NCBI GenBank assembly: GCA_002104945.1
Contig: MCFH01000094.1
Location: 1-64,000 of the forward strand
DNA length: 64,000 bases
Direction of reading: 5' to 3'
DNA from: Piromyces finnis finn
Lineage: Eukaryota > Fungi > Neocallimastigomycota
Of the stretch, positions 38,951-49,700 are shown piece by piece (position 1 is the first letter of the stretch; every line of letters begins with the position of its first letter). The position numbers and the translations under genes were made by a program. Under the pieces are notes generated by a model that saw nothing but the letters and a program-made list of their open reading frames with translations, made no database searches and was not told the DNA's origin.

Positions 38951-39707
38951 TGTAAGAAAAAAGTATTTAAACAAAGAATTGAAATCAATTTTGAAATTCT
39001 TTGTAAGATTATTAATTATTAATTATTAACTATAATATAACTTAATAAATATTATCTTAATAAATAAATAATTAATAAACAAATTTCATAATTAAATTAT
39101 ATTAAAATTTTTATTTTAAATATAAAAACCTATTTAATTTTTAAATTAGTATTATTTAAATTCTTTAATAAGTTCTGAGAAAAGATTTAATAATAAATAA
39201 GTTTAATATTTTATTAGAAAATTAAGTTATATTATATACAACATTCTGACCAAGTTACATACCAATCCTAGCCCACTTTACAACATTAATTTAATACATT
39301 ATTTAATACACTATTTAATACACTATTTAATACATAATTTGATACATTAATTAAATACATTGATTAAATACATTGCTTTAATTAATTTAGTTGTATCATT
39401 TTAACCAATCCATGTATAATGTATTAAATTACTATAAAAGAATAATCTTGATTCTCTTTTGAGAAATCAAGAGTTATTATTATATAAATTTATTAATAAA
39501 TAAAGTATTAATTATTTTAAAAGTAATGTTTATCTAACGTGTATTTTTATATTTAAGTGTTAATATTTAATATTTTTGTTTATTAGTATTTTTATAATAA
39601 ACTCGAAATTAATGTTTTTATTTTCTTTCTCAAATTAGTAATATTTAATTTAATTATAATTAATTTGTAGAAGTTATTTATAATTTATTTATAAGTAACT
39701 TCTTACA
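38951..39707 (+). repeat. Full-length unpaired LTR (757 bp), distantly related to element A LTR
   Basis: Terminal inverted repeat TGTAAGAA...TTCTTACA; shares the TCTTGATT...AAATCAAGAGTTATTAT hairpin and AACTCGAA motif with LTR A; no TSD (TTATA vs ACAAT). Confidence 0.7.
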
Positions 39708-39749
39708 ACAATTTTGGTGAAAAGGGATAAAACCTTTATACGTTACACA

Positions 39750-40395
39750 GCACCATGAGGATTTTCCGTACCACCGGTGTGGGTGGATGTTCTTTCACGA
39801 GCTCTGGCTTCAGCTCGTTTGTTCATAGCCTCCACTCTGGCTTCGAACAATTTTTCTTTTTCTTTTAGAGCGAGACGTTGTTCTTTCAATCTGGCTATCT
39901 CCTCTTCAAGCTCTTTTTTATATGAGACGAAGGCACTGGACTAACGATATAACGTTTCCTGGTTGTTTAGCACTTGCTGGTGGTCTTGTAACTTTTCCTC
40001 ATATTCTGCGGTAAAGGCATTTTCCACCAGATGCAGCTCTTCCAAGCTATCTTGGCTAGCTGATTCATTTACTTCCAACCGTTGGTCAACTTCAACAAAT
40101 TTTTGTTGAAGAGCCTCGTTTATCTCTTGTAAACCTCAATATCACGAAGTTGTTCTTCCATAGAACCCAGACGGTTTCCCATACTAGCAAACTGGCTAGA
40201 TATTTCAGAAACCCATCTATTAAGGACTTCAATGTGCTCCATTGGGTTTACCTCACTATTATTATTAAAAAAGAAAGAAGGATCAACAAGGGCGGACATA
40301 GAATCCCCATGTTGAACCTGAGAATTTTGATTAGATTCGACACTTTCGAGAAACACTGGGGTTCGAACCCGTGACATTCCCTCTACACCATCCAT
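39750..40395 (-). pseudogene. Disrupted coiled-coil ORF in a GC-richer island, probably TE-derived
   Basis: 91-aa ORF 40395-40120, then after stops/frameshifts LEEEIARLKEQRLALKEKEKLFEARVEAMNKRAEARARER; flanked on both sides by LTRs. Confidence 0.4.
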
Positions 40396-40455
40396 GCCAT
40401 CGGCGCTCGACGCGTCAAAACAGATCCTGTCCCTTACGAATGATGTTTGAGCGTC

Positions 40456-40694
40456 TGTAAAATATTGTATTAGTTAAATAATGTATTTAATACGTATGTA
40501 GATTAATGTATAATGTATTGAATTAATGTACCGTAAATTTTACAAAAATTTACATCACAATACATTAACATAAATTTATGTAAAATTTAATTTTATGATA
40601 AGATAAAGTTTTTGATGATAAAATAAAATTTTAAATTAAATAATTTTTAACCAATAAATATTTTAGATAATAAAAAATTTTTTTATAAACTAAG
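40456..40694 (+). repeat. 5' fragment of an element D-family LTR
   Basis: Aligns with 59309-59605 (TGTAAAATATTGTATTA...ATAAACTAAG) apart from an internal duplication in the latter; homology stops abruptly at 40694. Confidence 0.85.
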
Positions 40695-41807
40695 TGTAAC
40701 GATGTAAGAAATAATAATTATTTGATACATAATTAATATTTCTTAGTTAAAATCATTAATTATTAATCATTAATTAATGTTAATAATATTAGTCTATTTA
40801 AATAATTATTCTCATTTAAATTTATTTTAATTATTTATTTTCACTTAATTTTAATATCTTAAATTACATTTAGCCATTTAATTATATTATTCATTAATAT
40901 TTTATTTAATATTTTTATTAATTATATTTATGCATTTAACTAATTAATTTAATTAATTACTTTTATTTAACTTTATATTTTTATTAATTATATTTATTCA
41001 TTTAATTAATTAATTTAATTAATTACTTTTATTTAACTTTATATTTTTATCAAATATATTTAATTATTTATTTAATTAATTACTTTAAAATAATTATTCA
41101 TTGTTTAGGAATCGATATTTTAAGGTTTTTTCCAATTTCTAAAATAATTGGTTTTACTTAAAATATACGATGATCAATATGTATAGAATGTTGATCGAAC
41201 TTTGTTTAGGTTTTTCTTCTAATCTTTTCCTAAACAAAAAATTATTTTGTTAAGATTAGATAAAATTTTAATTTAAACTTTAAATTTATTAAATAATATA
41301 AATAAAGACTCTTGATTCCCTTCTAAGAAATCAAGAGTTATTATTATAAGAAACAAATTATAATAATAAAAGCGTTTTTAATTTTATTTTACTTAACTTA
41401 GTTATAATAAAACATATTAACTTATTAAAGTGTAAAATTATTTCTACTCTTATAATAAACTCGAACTTAAAGATAAGTATTAATATTTATTTTCTTTTTA
41501 TTCTCAATTTATCAATAAATTGTAGTTAATAATTCTATTATATAATAATTTATAATGGAATTATTACAATAATAACTCTTCTTCTCAGAGGAAATAATAA
41601 ATAATAAATAATAAATAATAAATAAGAAATAATAAATAATAATTATAATAATTATAATAATTATAATAATAAAGAATAAAATAATCAAGTGACAGTTAAG
41701 AAATAGATAGAAATAAAATAAACTAATAATTACATATATAATAGTTAGTTAGCTTAAATATACTAATATATCTTTATTGTATATATTTTGTAAAAAAGAT
41801 ATAAATC

Positions 41808-42470
41808 ATGAAAAACAATAATTTAGGCCAAGACGGCACATCTAATGAAGCTGAAGAAAACCATGATGTTTTCCATGATCAAAATGCTGCAAAACTCATT
41901 ACTGCTATTACTGACTTCATTCCTGCATTCTTTTCCCCTAATGGCGTACTTCTCAAGGAAAGCGAGGCTAAGAATCCCTTAAATATTTTGGAAACTTAAA
42001 TACAAAGTGAAGATTTTTTTAGGGAACATCCAGGGTTGTTTGCTAATGATGAAACTAAGAACTCATTTATTATTAACAAATTGACCGGGACTGCAAGAAG
42101 ATGGGGTCTCTCTCTCTTAACCGATGGAACCCTTAAGAAACTTAACTTTGAGGAATTTAAGAATTTACTTTTGGAAAACTTTGATGCAGGCAGTGAAAGA
42201 AAACAGAAATATATGATCATGGAGAAACTCTGGAAACTTAAACAGCTTGAATTAGGAAATGTTGCCGAATTTACCATTGAGTTCCGTAGGCTAGCTGGAC
42301 GCCTGGGATGGCCGGATGACGTACTGATCGACATAATTGGAAAGGGACTTCTGGATAAAGTTCGTGATGAGTTTGATAAATTTGAAAAGCCAAAGTCCTT
42401 GTTCGAAGCCACAAATATAATAATTGGAATAGATAAAAAAATGCCACTTGGAAAGCCGCTTAAGAGGTAA
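41808..42470 (+). pseudogene. gag of element A with in-frame stop
   Basis: ORFs 41808-41999 and 42036-42470 share a frame, separated by TAA at 41997; motif FANDETKNSFIINKLTGTARRWG. Confidence 0.8.
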
Positions 42471-45400
42471 ATCAAGGAACCACCGCTCAAGAAACAATAA
42501 ATCCTTTCAGAAGAAGAGAAGGGAACTTACGAAGTTAGAAAACAAGGAAAAATATCTTCATAATAAGAAGAATAATTTTAAAAATGATATCCTTTCTGCT
42601 AATTATACTCCGAATAGTAAGACATCTATTACTACCACTTTTTACTTGGGTGTTAAAGAAAGAAATATTAAAATAAATCTTTTAATTGATTCTGGTTCAG
42701 CCAGAAGCTTCATTTGCAAAAATTTTGCAAATTCAAATAAATTATCTACTTCGGGTCTCTCTTCACTAATTAACATTCAGCTCCCGAATGGTAAAAGTAT
42801 GGTTATTAAACTCACTACAAAACCACTGAAACTAAAGTTCTTAGACCACACAGAAACCTTTGAGTTTTGTATTGCTAATTTATCACTTCAAGGAATCAAT
42901 GGAATTCTTGGAAGAGATTGGTTATCAATACATAATCCGTTCATTGACTTTAAAACTAACAAGATATTCTTCTTAGGAAAGTATTGTGGAACTCATTGCC
43001 CTTCTTCTAGAAAGCATAAAATTTCCGATCAAAGCCTTGACATCACAGCTTCGATGATAAACAAACACAAATCTAACACTCATTTAGATTCAATAATCCC
43101 TGAAATGATGTCAGAAGATGATCTCATAGACACCAACATTTGCGCTGCCATGTTAGAAGAAGATTTATCTGAAGATAACCAGGAAAAAGAAGAAATCATT
43201 AGGAAGTATTATTCTGATCTCAGAATAGTATTTGGGAAAAAGGAATCGGAGAAGTTACCACCCCATCGGGAATATGATATCTCTATTGATACCATTCCTG
43301 GCGGTCAATTGTATTTCGGACCAATCTACTCTTTGACAGTTCCAGAAATGAAAGCATTAAAGGATTACATTCAAGACAATTTAAGGAAGAATTTTATTAG
43401 GAAATCAAAATCACCAGCAGGCGCTCCTGTCCTTTTTGTAAAGAAACATGATGGCTCTCTTAGACTCTGCGTCGACTATCGGCGTTTGAATGCTATTACA
43501 ATTCGAAATAGTTACCCGATACCCAGAATAAGCGACTTAGTTGAATCATTTAAAGGTGCTAAGATATTTACTCGTTTAGATCTTAGATCCGCTTACAATC
43601 TTGTACGGATCAAAGAAGGCCATGAATATCTTACTGCGTTCAGAACTTCATTAGGGCATTTTGAATATTTAGTTATGCCCTTTGGACTTCGAAATGCACC
43701 TTCTGTCTTCCAACGATTCATTCAAGATACACTTAGTGACACTATAGGCATTTTCGTTCAAGTATACCTTGACGATATCATAATTTATTCCAATTCTTTA
43801 AGTGAGCATATAGACCATGTAAGAATAGTTCTTAAACTGCTCATCAACAATGGGTTATATGCTAAACTTGAAAAGTGTGATTTCCATGTCACGGAAACAA
43901 CTTTTCTTGGCTTTACAATTTCGATAAATGGATTGCTTATGGATAAAGACAAGGTTAAATCTGTTATTGAATGGCCAACCCCTAAAAATAAAAAAGAGCT
44001 ACAAAGCTTTTTAGGCCTTTGCAATTTCTATAGGAAATTCATTAAAGATTTTGCAAAAAATATGGAACCTCTTCGAACATTATTAAAAAAGGACAATGAT
44101 TTTATATGGAATGAAGATACAGAAATTGCATTTAATAAAATGAAAGAGTCTTTTAAAGTTGGGGAAATATTAATATTCCCTGATCCAGAGAAAGAATTTA
44201 TCGTCGAAGCTGATGCAAGTGATTTCGCAGTCGGATGTGTTCTTTCTCAAATCAGTAGTTCAGATAATTGTCTTCATCCAGTTGCTTTTCACTCTAGGTC
44301 CCTCAATAAAGCCGAAGTTAATTATACAATTTATGACAAAGAACTTCTGGCAATCATTACTGCTTTTGATACCTGGAGGCGTCACTTAGAAGGCTCCAAA
44401 TATCCTGTACAAATTATTACAGATCACAAAAATTTGTTATACTTCAAGAAACCCCAACACTTGAACCAAAGACAAATTCGTTGGAGTCTCTTCCTTTCCA
44501 AGTTTGACTTTAGGATCTCATATAGATCGGGTGCAAGTAGTGGTAAGCCCGATGCCTTATCAAGACGACCCGACTATAAAGATAGTATCAAAACAAAGCC
44601 TGATATTGTTATCAAAAATAAGCTTTTTTGTTGTTCCATGAATGAAAATATTGACAAATTAATAAATGCTCAAAAAGCTGATAAATATTGTCAGGATATT
44701 TTTTCCAAAGTCAAGATCAATTCGAAGGATATTAAAAGTTCTTTATTCAGTATCGTCGATGGCGTTTTACACTTTCAAAAACGTATTATTGTGCCATCAA
44801 CAATCAAGGCAAGGATTCTTAAATCCTTTCACGATTCACCCATTAGTGGCCACCAGGGGGTAGATAGGACTTTCGAAAAACTTAGAAGGTACTACTGGTG
44901 GCCTAATATGAAAAAGGATATTACGAATTATGTCCTCTCGTGCGATGTCTATAGTAGAAGTAAAATTCGCAGACATAAACCCTATGGTAAGTTAATACCG
45001 CTTCCTATCCCTACAAAACCCTGGGAAGTTATAGGTGTCGATTTTATTGTTGCTCTGCCTCCTTCTCAAGACTGCACTTGCATAATGGTTGTCTCAGACC
45101 ATTTAACCAAGATGGTCCATTTAGTGCCTTGTACCGACGTTCCTTCTGCCGAACTCACTGCTAAGCTCCTTCTTTCTCAAGTCTTCAGGTATCATGGTTT
45201 CCCCAAAGTTATAATTTCGGATCATGGTTCACAATTCTCTTCCCAATTCTGGACCTCATTATGTTTGGCAATTCGTGCAAAACCACATTTAGCTACTGCG
45301 CACCACCAGCAATCTAACGGTCAAGTTGAACGTGCGAACGCTGTAATTGAACAATATCTTAGATGTTATTGTTCCTCGGCTCAAAACGAATGGTGTTATT

Positions 45401-45873
45401 ATATTCCACTTTGTGAAATATCTTATAATAATTTGGTAAACAAGTCTATAAGTCAAACACCCTTTCATGCTAATTTTGGATTCCATCCTAATTGCATTCT
45501 AGACTCTCCTCCAACACTTTTAAAAGATAATGCTTCAGTTCTTACAAGAGACTGGGCATCACATTTTGAAACTCTCCGTCAACATTTGGTAAAAGCCAAA
45601 GAGGATTTTAAAAAATATAGTGATAGCAGGAAATCAATTGGCCCCTCTTTCCAGGTTAACGATTTAGTGATGTTAAGAAGATATTATTTCACTAATGAAC
45701 CAGCTAAGAAACTGTCAACACAATACTTAGGTCCTTTTAAAGTCATAGAAAAGAGGGAAAGAATGAACTACCGTCTAGAATTACCGGAAACTTTACACCT
45801 ACATCCGGTATTTCATATTTCACAATTGGAACCATATACCAAAAGAAATGAAGACTTAATAGATTCCTCATAA
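42448..45873 (+). CDS. Pol of element A (PR-RT-RH-IN), no chromodomain
   Basis: LIDSGS protease, YLDD RT, VEADASD RNase H, H-H-C zinc-binding remnant (second Cys appears lost), integrase, GPF/Y motif YLGPFKVI; ends HPVFHISQLEPY...DSS*. Confidence 0.95.
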   Translation: MESRLRGKSRNHRSRNNKSFQKKRRELTKLENKEKYLHNKKNNFKNDILSANYTPNSKTSITTTFYLGVKERNIKINLLIDSGSARSFICKNFANSNKLSTSGLSSLINIQLPNGKSMVIKLTTKPLKLKFLDHTETFEFCIANLSLQGINGILGRDWLSIHNPFIDFKTNKIFFLGKYCGTHCPSSRKHKISDQSLDITASMINKHKSNTHLDSIIPEMMSEDDLIDTNICAAMLEEDLSEDNQEKEEIIRKYYSDLRIVFGKKESEKLPPHREYDISIDTIPGGQLYFGPIYSLTVPEMKALKDYIQDNLRKNFIRKSKSPAGAPVLFVKKHDGSLRLCVDYRRLNAITIRNSYPIPRISDLVESFKGAKIFTRLDLRSAYNLVRIKEGHEYLTAFRTSLGHFEYLVMPFGLRNAPSVFQRFIQDTLSDTIGIFVQVYLDDIIIYSNSLSEHIDHVRIVLKLLINNGLYAKLEKCDFHVTETTFLGFTISINGLLMDKDKVKSVIEWPTPKNKKELQSFLGLCNFYRKFIKDFAKNMEPLRTLLKKDNDFIWNEDTEIAFNKMKESFKVGEILIFPDPEKEFIVEADASDFAVGCVLSQISSSDNCLHPVAFHSRSLNKAEVNYTIYDKELLAIITAFDTWRRHLEGSKYPVQIITDHKNLLYFKKPQHLNQRQIRWSLFLSKFDFRISYRSGASSGKPDALSRRPDYKDSIKTKPDIVIKNKLFCCSMNENIDKLINAQKADKYCQDIFSKVKINSKDIKSSLFSIVDGVLHFQKRIIVPSTIKARILKSFHDSPISGHQGVDRTFEKLRRYYWWPNMKKDITNYVLSCDVYSRSKIRRHKPYGKLIPLPIPTKPWEVIGVDFIVALPPSQDCTCIMVVSDHLTKMVHLVPCTDVPSAELTAKLLLSQVFRYHGFPKVIISDHGSQFSSQFWTSLCLAIRAKPHLATAHHQQSNGQVERANAVIEQYLRCYCSSAQNEWCYYIPLCEISYNNLVNKSISQTPFHANFGFHPNCILDSPPTLLKDNASVLTRDWASHFETLRQHLVKAKEDFKKYSDSRKSIGPSFQVNDLVMLRRYYFTNEPAKKLSTQYLGPFKVIEKRERMNYRLELPETLHLHPVFHISQLEPYTKRNEDLIDSS

Positions 45874-46775
45874 TAAACGGAGCAATGTAAGAAATAATAA
45901 TTATTTGATACATAATTAATATTTCTTAGTTAAAATCATTAATTATTAATCATTAATTAATGTTAATAATATTAATTTATTTAAATAATTATTCTCATTT
46001 AAATTTATTTTAATTATTTATTTTCACTTAATTTTAATATCTTAAATTACATTTAGCCATTTAATTATATTATTCATTAATATTTTATTTAATATTTTTA
46101 TTAATTATATTTATGCATTTAACTAATTAATTTAATTAATTACTTTTATTTAACTTTATATTTTTATTAATTATATTTATTCATTTAATTAATTAATTTA
46201 ATTAATTACTTTTATTTAACTTTATATTTTTATCAAATATATTTAATTATTTATTTAATTAATTACTTTAAAATAATTATTCATTGTTTAGGAATCGATA
46301 TTTTAAGGTTTTTTCCAATTTCTAAAATAATTGGTTTTACTTAAAATATACGATGATCAATATGTATAGAATGTTGATCGAACTTTGTTTAGGTTTTTCT
46401 TCTAATCTTTTCCTAAACAAAAAATTATTTTGTTAAGATTAGATAAAATTTTAATTTAAACTTTAAATTTATTAAATAATATAAATAAAGACTCTTGATT
46501 CCCTTCTAATAAATCAAGAGTTATTATTATAAGAAACAAATTATAATAATAAAAGCGTTTTTAATTTTATTTTACTTAACTTAGTTATAATAAAACATAT
46601 TAACTTATTAAAGTGTAAAATTATTTCTACTCTTATAATAAACTCGAACTTAAAGATAAGTATTAATATTTATTTTCTTTTTATTCTCAATTTATCAATA
46701 AATTGTAGTTAATAATTCTATTATATAATAATTTATAATGGAATTGTAAAATATTCTAAAGTTCAGGTTTGTATA

Positions 46776-49700
46776 TGTAATGTTGAACACTGAAAGAATA
46801 GATTAGGATATCTATTCTATTACAATAACACAAAAATTTGAAAAAATAAAATAAAAAATTGTTTTATAAAATATCTTTTATTATAATAGAATTTTAATAA
46901 TAACAATTACATCGATAAAATGATGAAAAATATCTTCTATTTATATTTTTCCTAAATACATTTATATTATATTATAACTATTTATTTTTTATATATTATT
47001 ATTTAAAATCTACACTAAAATCTTAATTATTAATAAATATTTAAACTATAACTATTTTTAGTAAAATACAATTGGCAATTCAAATTAAGTACCATTTAAT
47101 TTGAATATGTGCCCATGTATTATTGATATATTAATCATTTATTATTTATCTATATCTATAAAAAAACAATACTAAAACTAGGGATTTAAATTGAGAATAT
47201 TAATTTACTTGTTAAACATTAAAAATAAATTAATAATTTATTTTGTTTTAAACTTTAATTATTAATAAATAAATTATGTCTCATTTTCTTTTTCTGAATA
47301 TAATTTGTGTAACTTAAACAATAATACTTGTGGCTTAAGTTACATTAAAGATATCAAACAGAGGCGTTTGATATCTTTACAATCTCTCTCTCTAAGTCGA
47401 GCTCCTGCGAGATTAATTTATAAGGAATCTTTTCTCGAAGGAATTTCAATTACAAATGGTTGGTATCTGTGCTTGATTAGATTACCAACTTTATTCTTTC
47501 TAATTTTCATGGAGGAGTCGTTCGACTTATATTTTGACTTTTTAGAGTTTCTTTCAAACTCTTGTATTAATTGTTTATCTGGAATCTGATCTTCAGAAAT
47601 CCAAGTGGATTTGTCAAATCCTTTCCATGATAACTTATAAAATGTTTCACCATTAACAGATTTCATCTTTTCAATTTTCTCTGGAATTTTTTCAATTAAA
47701 TCTGTGTTAAGGTGAATGTTCCTCTTCCTACGATTAGACCTGTCGTTAAACTTGTTTTCAAAGTATGGTTCTAACAATGAAACATGAAAGACTGGATGAC
47801 ATCTCATTGTCTTTGGAAGTTTCAATTTGAAAGCGAGAGAACTAACTTTTTCAATTATCTCAAATGGGCCAAGCATTTGAGGTGCTAATTTTCTCTTTAG
47901 GTTAGTTCCAGGAGAATCTTTCAATAACCATACCTTCTTTCCCACTTCGAACTCCGGGGGAATCATTCTCTTCATATCGGCATATTTCTTATATGTTTCT
48001 TTTGCTTTTTCTAAGTTTTCTTTTAATAATTTAAAGTTTTCATTCATATCAATTACTCTTTGTTCAGCTCTACTAGGTCTATCATTAGCTGGAATTTCTA
48101 AGCTGAACTTTGGATGAAAACCATAATTAGCAAAGAATGGGGATTGATTTATAGATTGTTGTAAAGTATTATTATATGCAAATTCAGCAAATGGGATAAG
48201 ATCAACCCAGTTATTCTGCTTTTTATTTATAAAACAACGGAAATATTGTTCTAATATGCCGTTCACCCTCTCCGTTTGACCATCTGTCTGCGGATGGTTG
48301 GCAGTTGATAATGAATGATTGATATTAAGAAGGTCACAAAGTCTTGACCAAAAGTCAGAAGTAAATTGCGAGCCTCTATCAGAAATGATGGAATCAGGAA
48401 GACCATGCAAACGGAAGACATTAGCAATAAAAGCATCAGCAGCAATCGAAGCAGTAGGAAGACAACGTAAAGGAATGGCGTGAGCAAATTTAGTAAATCT
48501 ATCGACAACAACCATGAGAGTTGTCATATCTCTGGACTTAGGAAGATCAACAATAAAATCAATAGAAATATCAGACCAGGGCCTACTGGGAGTGTCCAAA
48601 GGGGATAACAATCCATAAGGCTTATGTCTGGGGACTTTGGATTTGCAACAAGTCACGCAAGATTTGATAAAAGATTTAACGTCTGAATGAAACCTTGGCC
48701 ACCAAAAGTTTCTGGAAATCAGTTCAGTGGTTTTCTTAATACCGAAATGACCAGCAGCAACAGAATCATGATGAAGTTCCAAAACTCTTGTCCTAAGAGA
48801 TTTAGGAACATAAATAAGATTATTATATAACAAAAATCCTTCGTTATCAATAATAACTTTATCAATATTTTTAATAGGTGCATTACATGCAGAACCATTC
48901 ATTTTAAATTGGACAATAGAATTATACAAATCGTCATTTTTAAGTTCTAATAAAATAGAATCGATTAACGGTTTGTTATCGCTATGATGAAACGAAATAG
49001 TAAGACAAGAAACATCAGAATTAATATTATTCTCTACATGGTCACTTCTACGAGACAGGATATCAGGCTTACCGGATTTCTTTCCAGCTCTATAAATGAG
49101 TTTAAAATCAAATCTGGATAAGAACAAATTCCATCTAATTTGTCTCTGAGATAACATTTCAGGTTTTCTAGGAAATGTTAAGTTCTTGTGATCGGTATAA
49201 ATTATGAACTGATGGCGTGCACCTTCTAAATAATGACGCCATTCTTCAAGAGCAACTACAATAGCTAAAAGTTCCTTGTCATATATAGGATAGTTTCTTT
49301 GACAACTCGTCAAACTTTTAGAAAGAAATGCAATAGGATGTAATTTGCCATCAAATTCTTGAGAGAGAATAGCACCGACAGCATAATTACTAGCATCAGT
49401 TTCTACAATAAATTGTTTATTACTATCCGCATGTTTCAGAATAGGAGCTGACGTGAACAGAGATTTTAATAAAATAAAAGCGTCCTGATCTTCTTTCACC
49501 CAGTTAAAAGCAACATTCTTTCTAGTGAGTTTGTGAAGAGGGTTTGCAATTTTAGCAAAGTCTTTAATAAAAATTCTGTAATAGTTGCATAAACCAATAA
49601 AAGACTGAACCTCTTTAACATTCTTGGGAACCGGCCAATCGAGAATTGCTTTAACTTTATTTTCATCCATTTGCAATCCATCCTTTGAAATGACATAACC

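Larger units (their letters stand above)
40703..46744 (+). mobile_element. Ty3/gypsy LTR retrotransposon A (Tf1/sushi-like, defective gag)
   Basis: 5' LTR 40703-41568 (866 bp, TGTAA...TTACA); 3' LTR 45886-46744 lacking its terminal few bp; self-complementary PBS 41569-41580; gag and pol between. Confidence 0.93.

Noticed and set aside
39285-39375. CRISPR-like array
   Set aside because: Contiguous degenerate 12-13 bp units without unique spacers, inside an LTR of a eukaryote; no cas genes. No CRISPR array was found in the window.
39708-39735. tRNA-type PBS (TGGTGAAAAGGGAT) after the 38951-39707 LTR
   Set aside because: Offset 7 nt from the LTR end, spacing does not fit a tRNA 3' end, and no + strand gag follows.
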